Positions 30,130 through 40,855 are shown, numbered from the stretch's first letter. The stretch: DNA of 64,000 bases from Patescibacteria group bacterium (GCA_038064895.1 JBBTSA010000010.1:182616-246615); one strand, 5' to 3'. The notes: generated by a model from the letters alone, not told the origin. Numbers and translations are program-made.

Positions 30130-31582
30130 TTTTAAACTCCGATAATACTCTCTTAAAATCTCTTAATATTGATCCTCCGACTAAAAGAAAGATTAACAAA
30201 CTGTAAGATATGATACCTAAAAAAATCAGAATGAAAATGGAAACTACCGAAACGGGAATAGTTTCGCGTACAAAAAGCAAAATACCTCCCATTAAAATTG
30301 AAGCAACCAGTGGTTTTCCGGCACTCCCAAATAAACTTATACGTACAAACTTTTTGGAAATTCCCATTGCCACAACCGATGTTAGCCCAACTATTGTAAA
30401 ACCCAAAGCTGCACCGTTTACACCAAAGAAAAAGGCTAAAGGCGGCACCAAAAGCCAAGTAAGAAAAGTCCACATTATCATTAGCCTAAAAGTTATATTA
30501 ATTTTCCCGATTGCATTTAGCATATTTGTCAAAGGAGTAGTTACTGCCGCAAAGGGAACACTTATACCAAGTATGGTTATAGCAAACAGTGCCGGCTGCC
30601 ATTTCTCATATCTTGGGATAACTTGAGTAAGCATTGGTACAAGTGTTAAAAGTCCGATGAGTGTTGGAAAAACCAAAAGGCTAATAAAGAATATAGACCG
30701 TGATAAAAGATATGAAAGCTCTGCTTTTTGATCCTGTATTCTGGAAAAGGCAGGAAAGCTTACTTTGATAATTTGATCCATAAAAAAACGCAAAGGTGCT
30801 TGCGCCCATCTTTGAGCCCATCCTAAAAGGCCCATCCCCGAAGCACCAAGAATCCCCCCTAAAACAATATTAAGACCGTCATCTTTAATCAAAGCCAAAA
30901 ATGTATTAGCCTGGTAAGGAACACCGAAGGTGAAAAGTCGCCGAATAGAACTAAGGTCCATAGAAAAACCAACTTTCCATGGCTGAATCATGTACATTAA
31001 GGTTGCGCCAATCATCCCTCTTGCTAAAACTGCAATTGTAAAGGAAGTAACGCCAAATCCCTGCCATGCAAGATAGACGGCCGTTACATTAAAAATTATG
31101 CTTTCCGCAATTTGAGGAATGATAAGTTTTGCAAAATCAATTTTTCTCTCCAAAAGGATTGACGGAATAGTTTTTAAAGAGGATAAGAAAAAAGAAAATC
31201 CTAGGGCATAAAGTAACCACATAGATTCCTGTGAAAGGTTATAAAAACGTCCGATTGCAGGTGATACTAAAAAAAGCACCAGAAGAATAGATAGGACTAG
31301 TGCTTGCTGGATTGTAAATGTCGTCTTTAATTCATTTTCGGAAATTTGTCCTTTTTTCTGAATTAGTGCTGCTGCAAGTCCGATATCGGAAAAGTATGCC
31401 AAAAAATTAATCACTGCAGAAACAATCCAAAATACCCCGTATTGTGTAACACCCAAGAAAATTGTAAGTATAAAATCTCCTGCCCTGTTTGTAAGTTGCA
31501 GAAAAAAAGTTCTACCTGTTAGAGCGACAATGCTTTTGACAGTACGCTTTTTGACTACATCAAGAGTTATTTCTTCATTCAT
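30122..31582 (-). CDS. Wzx-type oligosaccharide flippase (WzxC-like)
   Basis: FSDIGLAAALIQKK, LLERKIDF and VSFPAFSRIQ motifs; about 12-14 TM segments. Confidence 0.85.
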   Translation of the reverse strand: MNEEITLDVVKKRTVKSIVALTGRTFFLQLTNRAGDFILTIFLGVTQYGVFWIVSAVINFLAYFSDIGLAAALIQKKGQISENELKTTFTIQQALVLSILLVLFLVSPAIGRFYNLSQESMWLLYALGFSFFLSSLKTIPSILLERKIDFAKLIIPQIAESIIFNVTAVYLAWQGFGVTSFTIAVLARGMIGATLMYMIQPWKVGFSMDLSSIRRLFTFGVPYQANTFLALIKDDGLNIVLGGILGASGMGLLGWAQRWAQAPLRFFMDQIIKVSFPAFSRIQDQKAELSYLLSRSIFFISLLVFPTLIGLLTLVPMLTQVIPRYEKWQPALFAITILGISVPFAAVTTPLTNMLNAIGKINITFRLMIMWTFLTWLLVPPLAFFFGVNGAALGFTIVGLTSVVAMGISKKFVRISLFGSAGKPLVASILMGGILLFVRETIPVSVVSIFILIFLGIISYSLLIFLLVGGSILRDFKRVLSEFKNE

Positions 31583-31585
31583 GAT

Positions 31586-33292
31586 TTAACTTATGGCCTT
31601 AATATAATAAGACGCCCATTTACGCACTTGCTTAAATTGAATGAGCAGCAAACTTACAAATAAGAATAAACCCAGGAGTGTTAACCAGTTGGCGATTACT
31701 CTAATTTGTGTGTCGAAAAGCCTGGCCTCTACTTCATGCTGACCTTTACCCAATATTATGGTCATAAGTCCCAAGCTGTTGTTTTTGTATTCTACACTTA
31801 CTTCCTTTCCGTCAACAAACACTTTCCAGTTGGGAAAAAAGTATTGCGATAAACGGATGATTGTATGAGATAAAACATCAGCTTTAAACTTAATCCGGTT
31901 GGTCCCCTCCTGGAAATCTCTTATTTCTGCATCACCCGTTAGGATTTGAAAACGTGCCTTTGCAAGTTCTGCAGGGGGCTCTTTGGCATATATTGGAAGA
32001 TAATCAAAAATTGATCTTTTTATTTGCTTATCCCAGTTTTCACCGCTTAAAAGCTCCTGATTTGTTATATTGATAAATTCTTCCGGCCGAAAATAGGAAA
32101 AGTTAAGAGTAACCGTTAAAAAAATTATTATTATCCAAAGTTTAGTAAGCCAACTTTTTCCTCTTAATGCCAAGCAAGAAGCACCTGTTACAAACGAGAT
32201 AAGAAATATTATTATTAAAAGAAATCTCCATGGAAATTGTAAATATTTTAGCGGATCCACCATATTCCATATAAATTCGGAGCGAGGATGGACCATAAAA
32301 ATTGCAAAAAGAGCGGCAGAAGATAAAACAAGGATTACTCTGGCTACCCAAGGATTCTTTTTCCAAAAAAACTTGATGCAGAAAAGTGTAAGAACCCATC
32401 CTAAAAGATGTATCCATCCGATTTGAAAAGATATCTTCTCCTGCTCTGCTCCCGGAACCTCTCTTATAGATGATCCATAACCCCAATCCCTTTTTATAAA
32501 TAACTCTTTTATGCCTTTAAAGTGCTCCGTGTAACCAAAATATCCGTACGTTGTAGTATCGATATGTACCAAGTTTTTTTCAAATACCATAGGGAGTGTA
32601 TAAAATGCTGAAATAGTAACTCCAAGCAGTAATGATAAAAAACTAAAATACAAAAATCTCATCCCTTTATCCTTGAAAAATAAAATGAGTATCCAAAGAA
32701 ACATAATTGGTAAAAATATCATGGTAGAAAGATTGTGAGAAAGAATCAGGCCACTTGTGCAAATGGTAACCAAAAGCATATTTGAAATACTCGTTTGTTC
32801 CTTAAGTTTTACAAAAGCCCAAAATATTGCCGGAAAAAACATTAATGCCCACATCTCTCCCATTGCTCCTCTCACATAAAAATCCAGGGCGTGATATGGG
32901 GCGAAACTATAAAATATTGCGGATAAAGCTCCGCCTTGCCTTCCCCAAAATTTCCGTGCTAAAAGATACATAAATACATATGATCCTAGAAAAGATACGG
33001 CAAATATCACCTTGCTGGAAAAAATCAAGTTTTTGGATATTACATAAATAACCTCTCCAAAATAATACGGTAAGGGAGCATAATAGTTAAAAATCGGATA
33101 GCCATATAACCCCCCTAAATCAGGAACCCATCTGCAAGGAATCTGTCCGTCTTTAATACATTTATCCATCTCAAAAAGCCGAATCGGAGAAACATCATCA
33201 TGATGTTTAAAATAAGGTGCTGCAAAAAGGGGCCAAAGTAATCCGGCACTTAAAATTAAACCTATTAGAAAAAATTTATTTTTCAAAATCAT
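31586..33292 (-). CDS. PTPS-related (PF10131-like) GT-C membrane protein, paralog 4 of 4
   Basis: CRWVPDLGGLYGYPIFNYYAP, APYH.LD.YVRGA.GE, LSHN and QFPWRF motifs. Confidence 0.75.
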   Translation of the reverse strand: MILKNKFFLIGLILSAGLLWPLFAAPYFKHHDDVSPIRLFEMDKCIKDGQIPCRWVPDLGGLYGYPIFNYYAPLPYYFGEVIYVISKNLIFSSKVIFAVSFLGSYVFMYLLARKFWGRQGGALSAIFYSFAPYHALDFYVRGAMGEMWALMFFPAIFWAFVKLKEQTSISNMLLVTICTSGLILSHNLSTMIFLPIMFLWILILFFKDKGMRFLYFSFLSLLLGVTISAFYTLPMVFEKNLVHIDTTTYGYFGYTEHFKGIKELFIKRDWGYGSSIREVPGAEQEKISFQIGWIHLLGWVLTLFCIKFFWKKNPWVARVILVLSSAALFAIFMVHPRSEFIWNMVDPLKYLQFPWRFLLIIIFLISFVTGASCLALRGKSWLTKLWIIIIFLTVTLNFSYFRPEEFINITNQELLSGENWDKQIKRSIFDYLPIYAKEPPAELAKARFQILTGDAEIRDFQEGTNRIKFKADVLSHTIIRLSQYFFPNWKVFVDGKEVSVEYKNNSLGLMTIILGKGQHEVEARLFDTQIRVIANWLTLLGLFLFVSLLLIQFKQVRKWASYYIKAIS

Positions 33293-33294
33293 GT

Positions 33295-34959
33295 TTAAAT
33301 CTTCCTAAAATACTTTAAACTTAAGCATAATGATACTAAAAATCCAAGTAATGAGGCAAAATCCAATGCAAGCTTATAGGGAGTTTCTGCAAAAAATACT
33401 TCCAGTTTATGTACTCCTTTAGGAACTAGAACGCTAATCTGGCCAAAAGGAGAGCCCGCTAATATATTTATATTCTTCCCATCCAGCTTAGCAAGCCAAC
33501 CCGGAAAATAATATTTATTAAAGTTTATTAAAGTTTCTTCATTTACATATACGCTTACAATAAAATGTAAATCATTGATTTTAATAACCGGGGCAATCGG
33601 ATTGCGCAGTGAAAAGATTATTGGATAAATCATATCAGGCCTTTGTTTGGAAGTTTTTGGCAGCCTTAAGTACTCTTCCTGATGCTGTAAATATTCCATA
33701 CTTACCTTTGGGTAGGGAATATATTTATTTAAATAATAGTCATCTAATCTTCCTAGAAAATGTTCAGGCTTAAAATATGACATTGTAGGATAAACTACAA
33801 AAGCCAAAAGAATAATTAAAATTATTTTTTCAAATTTCGACTTATCAAAAATAATAACAAGCAGGGGAATAAAAAAAGTTGTAAGAATTAAAAAACGCCA
33901 CGGAAATTGAAAGTATGGCATAAGCGGTAAACTATTCCATACAAAAGTTGATCTATGGTTTGTGAAAAAGATTGCAAGAAAAATCCCCGAACAAACCCAA
34001 ATAAATAATACCTTTTTGTCTTTGCTGATTCCTTTCCATTTCAAAAATAATAAGCCGGAGGCAAAAATTAGCACCAAAAGACTGGAATAGCCCAGAAAGA
34101 AAGACATTCCGTCTCCCTCGCCGGGAACCGATGCCCCGTAACCCCAATATGGGGTAAGAAGCTGTCGAATTGCAGGAAAATGATCATAAAACTTAAAGAT
34201 TGTGTCATATTTTACCAAGTTACTTTCTGTTATGGCCGGTAACCAAAAAAACGCGCTCATAAGTAGTGATAAAAAAATCATTAAAACCGATTTCCTAAAA
34301 AACACGCCTTTGTAGGATTCTTTCAAAAATTGTAAAAGAAGATAAAGTAAGACAAAAGGAATAAACATATATGCCGTAATATTGTGCGACAACACTAGGG
34401 AAGCAAGGGCTAGGGCTCCAATTCCTACCCACTTAAAATTTCTCTGCTGATTTAGCTTTGTTATTGATAAAATAACCAAAGGTAAAAATATAAAGCTTAA
34501 AACCTCCCCTATTGCTCCTCTTACATATAGGTCCACAGCCCTATAGGGTGTATAAATATATAAAAGTGCGCCTAAGAAAGATAAATTTGCCTTTACGAAT
34601 TCCCTAAGCAGAAGGTACATAAATATTCCGGACAGCGGTATAGTTATAAAAAATAATGCTTTGATACTATCAACAAATGAAAAACCGAAAAAAAGATGGA
34701 AAATTTCCGCAATATAAAATGGCAGTGGAAAAACAAAATTAAAAAGAGGATACCCGAAACCAAAACTCAAATCAGGAACAAACCGCGCAGGAATTTGTCC
34801 CAACTTTAACACTTTATCCATCTGGTTAAGCCAGGCGATATGCACTTCGTCCGAGGCCCCGTAAAAACCCGGCACAAAAAGCGCCCAAACAGCCGGTATG
34901 GAAAATACTAAAATTAAAAAGACCCAATATTTATTTAAAATTTTTTCTAATTTTTCCAT
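33295..34959 (-). CDS. PTPS-related GT-C membrane protein, paralog 3 of 4
   Basis: ARFVPDLSFGFGYPLFNF, PYRAVDLYVRGAIGE and QFPWRF motifs. Confidence 0.75.
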   Translation of the reverse strand: MEKLEKILNKYWVFLILVFSIPAVWALFVPGFYGASDEVHIAWLNQMDKVLKLGQIPARFVPDLSFGFGYPLFNFVFPLPFYIAEIFHLFFGFSFVDSIKALFFITIPLSGIFMYLLLREFVKANLSFLGALLYIYTPYRAVDLYVRGAIGEVLSFIFLPLVILSITKLNQQRNFKWVGIGALALASLVLSHNITAYMFIPFVLLYLLLQFLKESYKGVFFRKSVLMIFLSLLMSAFFWLPAITESNLVKYDTIFKFYDHFPAIRQLLTPYWGYGASVPGEGDGMSFFLGYSSLLVLIFASGLLFLKWKGISKDKKVLFIWVCSGIFLAIFFTNHRSTFVWNSLPLMPYFQFPWRFLILTTFFIPLLVIIFDKSKFEKIILIILLAFVVYPTMSYFKPEHFLGRLDDYYLNKYIPYPKVSMEYLQHQEEYLRLPKTSKQRPDMIYPIIFSLRNPIAPVIKINDLHFIVSVYVNEETLINFNKYYFPGWLAKLDGKNINILAGSPFGQISVLVPKGVHKLEVFFAETPYKLALDFASLLGFLVSLCLSLKYFRKI

Positions 34960-36595
34960 AAAAAATTAAATAACAAACCAAAAGAATAGAAACAAAAGAG
35001 ATAATATTGCCGGCTCTTCTTATGGGTGTATCATAAAATTTACCTAAAATTTTATGGTTGCCACCCTCAAGCATAATACTTACTCTACCTAAGTAATTAT
35101 CGGATCTTTGGTCAATCTCTTTCCCTTCCTCTGTTACTTTCCAGTTTGGAAAATCATATACGGGAAATTCGATCAAAGCAGGAGATTTAACACTTATTTT
35201 TGCCTCAAAATTATTGGAGGTTTTTTTAAAATAATAAATTTCCGCATCACCTGTTACAACAAGTGGTTTATCCCCTGTTTTCTCATTCGGCTCTATTGCT
35301 CCTTTTGGCAAATAATCCATGATTGATGCCTTCTGCTGTATCTCCCAAAGCTCCCCTGAAAGTTTTTCCCTATCGGTAAGGTAAGGATAAAATTTCTCGG
35401 GTTTAAAATAACCCCAGTTTAACAAAACCGTTGCTAAAACCAAAGCAAAAAAAGTTACCCTGACAAAGGAGGGTTTAAAAGTGTTAAAGAGAAATCCTGC
35501 CAAAAGGGAGGATGTAAAAATACTTAAAGATAGAAATCGCCAGGGAAATTGAACAAATCTTAACATCCCGATTGACTCCCAAATAAATGCCGATTTGTTA
35601 TGTGTCATAAAAAGCGAGAATGCAAAAAATACTAAAAGAGCAAAATATATAAAGAATATTCTCCTATTTTTTTTAAATAGCAAAGTAATAATGGATAGAG
35701 CTGCCAATATCCAGTGAGGCCAACCTACCTGGAAGGATATACTATCTAAAGGTCCCGGGAAAGATGCACCATATCCCCAGGATCTTTCAAAAAGTAATTG
35801 ACGAATCGTTACAAAATGTGCCCTAAAATCCAAGTCAAGCCTTACAAGATTCTCTATCTGCACCAGATCCTTTTCAAAAAAAGCAGGTATTATAAAAAAT
35901 GCCGATAGACCAACTCCTAAGCCTAACGAAAATATCAAAGACTTAATATAAACTACTTTTTTTCCCCAAAAAATTATTATAAACAAAACTAAAATTAGTG
36001 GTGCAAAAATAAGTGTCATGATGGTATGCGAAGTTAAGAATGCGGCAAATGAGAGGGCAAGACCTAATATAAATTTCAAAGAATTTTCCTTTAATATTTT
36101 AAGAGCAAAATAGATTACAAGGGGTATGACTACTATTGCAAAGCTTTCGGAAACAGCTCCCCGTACATAAATATCAAGAGCTCTATATGGAGCGAATATA
36201 TACAAAATAGATGCCAAAAGAGCAGGATACAAGGACATAAATTCTTTTGCTAAAAGAAACATTGAGAAGCCTGCAAAATATGCGGCTGCGAAAAATAAAA
36301 ATTTTGCACTCCCTACAAAGCCTAAAATATAGCTTGCCAAAGCGCCGATATAATACGGGAAAACATTATAATAGTTAAAAAGAGGGTAACCGTTTCCATA
36401 TCCCATGTCCGGAACCCACCTGCAAGGAATTTGCAAATCCGAAAAACACTTTCTCATCTCAAAAATCCTCATTACCTGCAAATCGTCATGATGTGAAAAA
36501 TAGCCGGATAAAAAAGTAGGCCAACTGACAAAGATAGATAGAACCGCGATGAAAATATAAAACCAATATTTTTTAAAAAAATTTTTTAAATCCAT
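34931..36595 (-). CDS. PTPS-related GT-C membrane protein, paralog 2 of 4
   Basis: CRWVPDMGYGNGYPLFNYY, APYRALDIYVRGAVSE and QFPWRF motifs. Confidence 0.75.
   Translation of the reverse strand: MDLKNFFKKYWFYIFIAVLSIFVSWPTFLSGYFSHHDDLQVMRIFEMRKCFSDLQIPCRWVPDMGYGNGYPLFNYYNVFPYYIGALASYILGFVGSAKFLFFAAAYFAGFSMFLLAKEFMSLYPALLASILYIFAPYRALDIYVRGAVSESFAIVVIPLVIYFALKILKENSLKFILGLALSFAAFLTSHTIMTLIFAPLILVLFIIIFWGKKVVYIKSLIFSLGLGVGLSAFFIIPAFFEKDLVQIENLVRLDLDFRAHFVTIRQLLFERSWGYGASFPGPLDSISFQVGWPHWILAALSIITLLFKKNRRIFFIYFALLVFFAFSLFMTHNKSAFIWESIGMLRFVQFPWRFLSLSIFTSSLLAGFLFNTFKPSFVRVTFFALVLATVLLNWGYFKPEKFYPYLTDREKLSGELWEIQQKASIMDYLPKGAIEPNEKTGDKPLVVTGDAEIYYFKKTSNNFEAKISVKSPALIEFPVYDFPNWKVTEEGKEIDQRSDNYLGRVSIMLEGGNHKILGKFYDTPIRRAGNIISFVSILLVCYLIFYGKIRKNFK
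36402..36433. repeat. 32-nt exact repeat shared with 38080..38111
   Basis: cccatgtccggaacccacctgcaaggaatttg at both sites; encodes QIPCRWVPDMG on the minus strand. Confidence 0.85.
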
Positions 36596-38249
36596 ATTTT
36601 ATGCTTAAAAAAGCAGTTAAGAAAAGGCTTACCAAGCTTATTATATTACCCAAAGATCTGACAGGAGTATCTTTAAGTTGTACTTCTATCTTGTGTTTTC
36701 CTTCCTCTATATTAAATGTTATCAATCCCAAACAATATTCTTCTCTCCTACAATCATTGTTTATGTGATGGATCAGCATCCCGTCCACCAAAACCTGCAT
36801 TCCGGGAAAATCAAAAAGCGGAAGCCGCAAAGTTGCCGCCTCTTTTACTAAAGCTTCTCCTTTTTGAAAATTGCTCCCTTTTTGATAACTTAAAAACTCT
36901 ACTTCCCCATCCAAAACATCAGGCAAAAGAGGTGCTTTTTCATTTGGAGGAAGTTTTGCAAAAATAGGTAAATAATCAAAAATGCTAATAGTTAGCTGCT
37001 TCTCCCAAGACTCACCGGAAAATTTATCCTTATCTGAAATATTTAACCATTCTTTTGGTTTAAAAAATGCCCCGTGTAATAAAATCAAAGAAAGAACTAC
37101 TACTAAAGTAAAAATAACTGCATAATTTTTGTTTAACTTTGAAATTAAAAAGGCCGAAATTGCGCCAAAGATAGAGAGTAAAAAAGCAGAGGGCACTAAA
37201 AACCTCCAGGGGAATTGTAACCACGCAAGAGTAGATATTTTTTCCCAAAAAAAGTAGGAGCGCTGATGCATTAAAAATAAATATATGGACTCTAAAGCAA
37301 AGAGCACCCACAAGGTTATGGAAAGTTTTTTGTATTTTTTGTAAAAGGTGAAGGATAAGAAAAGTGCCAATAAAGCAACTATCCAATGGACAATTCCCGC
37401 TGATAAAGAAACTTCATCAAAAAGACCAAAAACAGAAGATCCATAATCAAAATAATTTGAAAAAAGAAGTTGTTTAATGCTTACAAAGTGTTGCCTATAG
37501 TCAAAATACCCTCCAAGCAGTGTCTCAAGGTGTACATACTTCTTTTCAAAAATAAACGGCAAGATATAAAAAGCGGATAACCCTATCCCTAAAAGTACTC
37601 CGGAAATTATTTTGTAAAACATCTTCCATTTTTTTTCCAAACTTATTATTGTTAAAATCCAGACTAAAAGTATAGGGAGAAAAATAAGGGTTGTTAAATT
37701 GTGGGTTGTAATTAAAAGCGCTAATGAGACGGCAAGCCAAAGAAGATACTTTGTTTTCCCTATCCTTATAAGTTTTAGGGATGACCATAAAAGAAGCGGT
37801 AAAAATATGAAAGCTAAAAATTCACTCAAAGAACCTCTGACATATACCTGAACTGCTTTTACAGGAACTATTGTATAAAGAATTGATCCTAAACAAGCGG
37901 CATAGTCGTTTAAAAAAGATTTTAAAAAAATAAACATAGTCAGCGCGGAAAGTATAAAACCTAAAATAAAAAGAAGTTTTACCGAATCTATAATCTGTAT
38001 ACCAATCAGACTAAATATACCCCCTATATAATAAGGTAGAGGGGGATAATAGTTAAACTGTGGATAACCGTATTGATACCCCATGTCCGGAACCCACCTG
38101 CAAGGAATTTGAAAATCTTTTAAACAGGCAACCATCTGGTGAATCCTGAAAGCCTGAAGATCATCCTGCATTGGAAAAAAACCCGGCCTTAAAAGCTGGT
38201 AAAAAGTTAATAAATTAACCAAAATTGTTAAAATCAGCCAAAACCTCAT
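36573..38249 (-). CDS. PTPS-related GT-C membrane protein, paralog 1 of 4
   Basis: CRWVPDMGYQYGYPQFNYYPP, YVRGSLSE, THN and QFPWRF motifs. Confidence 0.75.
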   Translation of the reverse strand: MRFWLILTILVNLLTFYQLLRPGFFPMQDDLQAFRIHQMVACLKDFQIPCRWVPDMGYQYGYPQFNYYPPLPYYIGGIFSLIGIQIIDSVKLLFILGFILSALTMFIFLKSFLNDYAACLGSILYTIVPVKAVQVYVRGSLSEFLAFIFLPLLLWSSLKLIRIGKTKYLLWLAVSLALLITTHNLTTLIFLPILLVWILTIISLEKKWKMFYKIISGVLLGIGLSAFYILPFIFEKKYVHLETLLGGYFDYRQHFVSIKQLLFSNYFDYGSSVFGLFDEVSLSAGIVHWIVALLALFLSFTFYKKYKKLSITLWVLFALESIYLFLMHQRSYFFWEKISTLAWLQFPWRFLVPSAFLLSIFGAISAFLISKLNKNYAVIFTLVVVLSLILLHGAFFKPKEWLNISDKDKFSGESWEKQLTISIFDYLPIFAKLPPNEKAPLLPDVLDGEVEFLSYQKGSNFQKGEALVKEAATLRLPLFDFPGMQVLVDGMLIHHINNDCRREEYCLGLITFNIEEGKHKIEVQLKDTPVRSLGNIISLVSLFLTAFLSIKYGFKKFF

Positions 38250-38255
38250 AATAAA

Positions 38256-39734
38256 TTAAGGCAAAACTTGATATAAAACCGTAGCATCCCCTTTACCATA
38301 TAAAGGTTTAGCTTTGGGGTATTCTTTTATAAGTTTGACTGCTGAAAGACTACCTTCAAGGCTGTTTTTATTGCCCGCAAAGAAAGTTAAATTCTTGGAT
38401 GATGCTTCCCTTAATTGAGCTGAAATTGTGGCATGGGAGCCTATAACGGAAATCTCTTCTTTATCAAGATAAATATATAAACCATCAGGCAAGGTTCCAA
38501 AAAATCCTTCTGTACCAACAATCACTTTCCCCTCTTTTTTTCTTTCCACTAAGTAGGCTGCAATCTCTTTTAAGCCATATCCTGCTGTCCACATTTCAAA
38601 ATATCCTTTTCTTTCCTCTTGGGGTAAGGACTTTGGCGGAGGATTTGTCAAAAGCTCATAATCAAACCAGAGAGGAAGAGGTAGTAAAAGGATTAAAAGT
38701 AAGAAGGGTGAGATTTTTTTGGAAATTCTTTCTACTGCATATGCACCCAATATAAGAAGAAGGGGTATTGAAGGAAGTAAATACCTGGCTGTAAAAGTTC
38801 TAAGGAAAGCCATTTCTATAAGCAGTGGTATTGCTGCCCAAGCTAAAACCAACCACCCTAATCGATTTTTTGTCTTTACCAAAAACCACAAACCAACTAA
38901 CCAAGAAACAAGTATTGGCCAAGTAAATAATTTCGGGAACCAATCAACCATATCTCTAAAGTGTGGTATAAAAGGATCAAGAGGTCTACCTGCAAGTTCT
39001 AAAGGGGAAAAAAGATAATCTGCATTTCTTGAAGAAAGTAAATGAAAATTGGGTCCAAGCCTCAAAGCATTGTACAAAAAAACGGCAATAATTATTGCAA
39101 CTGCCCAAAATAAAAATAATTTCAAAAGAGCATATTTATCCCCTTTGATTCTTTTAAAAGCAAGTATTGATGCCGGCAAAAGTAATAGATTTAAAACAGC
39201 AGGAGTTTTAGTAAGCCAAGCTCCCCCAAGTATGAATCCTAAAATCATTGCCAGATCCAACCTGACCTTTTGAGCAAGCCATATAGCAAGAAATAAGGTC
39301 CAAACAGTAAATGCTGAAAGCATGGAATCAACAAGAGCCATTCTGTCAAAAAAAACAGTGTAAGGAACTAGGGAGTAAAGTAAAGCTGCCCAAAGGCCAA
39401 CACGTAAACTAAAGACTTTCCAACCTAAGGCAAATACACTAATCACTGTTGCAAATCCGCTAACCACAGACAAAAATCTTCCTGCAAATAAAGGATCTTC
39501 AAAAACTTTAAATAAAGGTATCATGCTCCACATAAACAGAGGTGTTTTACCATCTGAAAGTGGTAAAAATCTTAAAGTTGGCTCACTTCTCATAACTTGA
39601 GCCCATCTAATATAAATTCCCTCATCTGCAAAGATAGGCTGCAAAGTTAAGTTTGGAAGCCTTAAAAGAAAATAAACAGAAACTATAATAAGGAGGATTC
39701 CTATCTCTAGTCTGTGTTTTGTAATCAAGTTCAC
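38256..39734 (-). CDS. ArnT/PMT-like GT-C glycosyltransferase
   Basis: PIFADEGIYIRWA, DGKTPLF and FFDRMALVD motifs; GTG start 6 nt after TACAAT. Confidence 0.8.
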   Translation of the reverse strand: MNLITKHRLEIGILLIIVSVYFLLRLPNLTLQPIFADEGIYIRWAQVMRSEPTLRFLPLSDGKTPLFMWSMIPLFKVFEDPLFAGRFLSVVSGFATVISVFALGWKVFSLRVGLWAALLYSLVPYTVFFDRMALVDSMLSAFTVWTLFLAIWLAQKVRLDLAMILGFILGGAWLTKTPAVLNLLLLPASILAFKRIKGDKYALLKLFLFWAVAIIIAVFLYNALRLGPNFHLLSSRNADYLFSPLELAGRPLDPFIPHFRDMVDWFPKLFTWPILVSWLVGLWFLVKTKNRLGWLVLAWAAIPLLIEMAFLRTFTARYLLPSIPLLLILGAYAVERISKKISPFLLLILLLPLPLWFDYELLTNPPPKSLPQEERKGYFEMWTAGYGLKEIAAYLVERKKEGKVIVGTEGFFGTLPDGLYIYLDKEEISVIGSHATISAQLREASSKNLTFFAGNKNSLEGSLSAVKLIKEYPKAKPLYGKGDATVLYQVLP

Positions 39735-39792
39735 CCTACTATTGTACGTCCGTAAGCAACTAGAGGCAAGCTCTTTGGTGTATTATTTTATT

Positions 39793-40126
39793 ATGGATAA
39801 AGAAATTGCTACATTTGGTACTGGCTGTGGTTGGCCATCCTTTGATGAGGAGCATCCTGATTCTTTAAAAAGACTTCCAGATCTCGAAGACCCTGAGCAA
39901 AGTCGTACTTCGATTCCACTCAGTACGACCCTGAGTGTTGATCGAATGGGTCGAAGGGCTGACTGGGGAAAGAGTGGAAATCCAATGTGCAAATTGTGGA
40001 GCACACCTTGGTCATGAATTTAAAGGGGAACATTTAACTTCAAAAAATACCAGACATTGCGTAAACTCCCTATCCATAAAATTTATCCCAAAAGATGAAA
40101 AACTACCTTCCATACTTGCCTCTTAA
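39793..40126 (+). pseudogene. msrB: Disrupted peptide-methionine (R)-S-oxide reductase; N-terminal half missing, frameshifted by a 76-bp insert
   Basis: GCGWPSFD in one frame and [15 protein letters not shown]...RHCVNS in another; removing 39885-39960 restores [13 protein letters not shown]. Confidence 0.8.
39885..39960. repeat. Nested REP-like palindromic insertion
   Basis: Outer CCCTGAGCAAAGTCG...AAGGG; inner hairpins GTCGTACT-N12-AGTACGAC (39902-39929) and CGACCC-N16-GGGTCG (39926-39953); flanked by CT. Confidence 0.65.
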
Positions 40127-40852
40127 ATCATTAATTCTAATTCTTACCATATCATAAATTGCAGCTGCTGCATCTTTAATAACCTGTACTCTTTCCGTAT
40201 CAACATATTTCCATTCCACATCCACTTCTGCAATTTTAAACCCATATTTTTTTGCCAAATATAAAATCTCCACATCAAATCCGGCATTGACTGCCCCACC
40301 TTTAAAATGAAGCACCCCCCACTCCCCTTTTATTTTTGGAATAATTTTTCCAACTACCTTTTTATTAAAAGCCTTAAACCCGCACTGTGTATCTTTAAAT
40401 GAAAGCCCAAGAATAAGTCCTCTTAATATAGAGAAAGACCATGCTGCAAATTTCCTAACTGCCGGTGCTCCCGCTCTTCCATGTCTTAAGCCAATAACCA
40501 AATCAAAACCTTCTTCAAGCTTTGGAATAAATTTATCCATTTGATCAATTGGTGTTGCCTGATCCATATCTGTAAATAAAACTATGTCTCCTCTTGACTC
40601 CTCCATACCTCTCATAACTGCCATTGCCTTTCCTCCATGGGAAACTTCTATCAATTTCCACCGCTTTTTTCCTTTGATGAAGTTTTCTATCAATCCTTTT
40701 GTTTGATCTTCCGATCCATCATCAACAATAACTACTTCATAACTTACTCCACTTTTCTCCATATATTCTTCCACCTCATTTAGTACTCCCTTCCTCAAAT
40801 TTCTCTCCTCATTATATGCGGGTATTACTAAAGACAAGTTAATAGTTTTCAT
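40103..40852 (-). CDS. GT2 polyprenol-phosphate glucosyltransferase (ALG5-like)
   Basis: [39 protein letters not shown] and FDVEIL motifs. Confidence 0.85.
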   Translation of the reverse strand: MKTINLSLVIPAYNEERNLRKGVLNEVEEYMEKSGVSYEVVIVDDGSEDQTKGLIENFIKGKKRWKLIEVSHGGKAMAVMRGMEESRGDIVLFTDMDQATPIDQMDKFIPKLEEGFDLVIGLRHGRAGAPAVRKFAAWSFSILRGLILGLSFKDTQCGFKAFNKKVVGKIIPKIKGEWGVLHFKGGAVNAGFDVEILYLAKKYGFKIAEVDVEWKYVDTERVQVIKDAAAAIYDMVRIRINDLRGKYGR

Positions 40853-40855
40853 TTT

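Noticed and set aside
31586-38249. Pterin biosynthesis function for the PTPS-related genes
   Set aside because: The family name is a legacy label; these are polytopic membrane proteins with no T-fold PTPS motifs.
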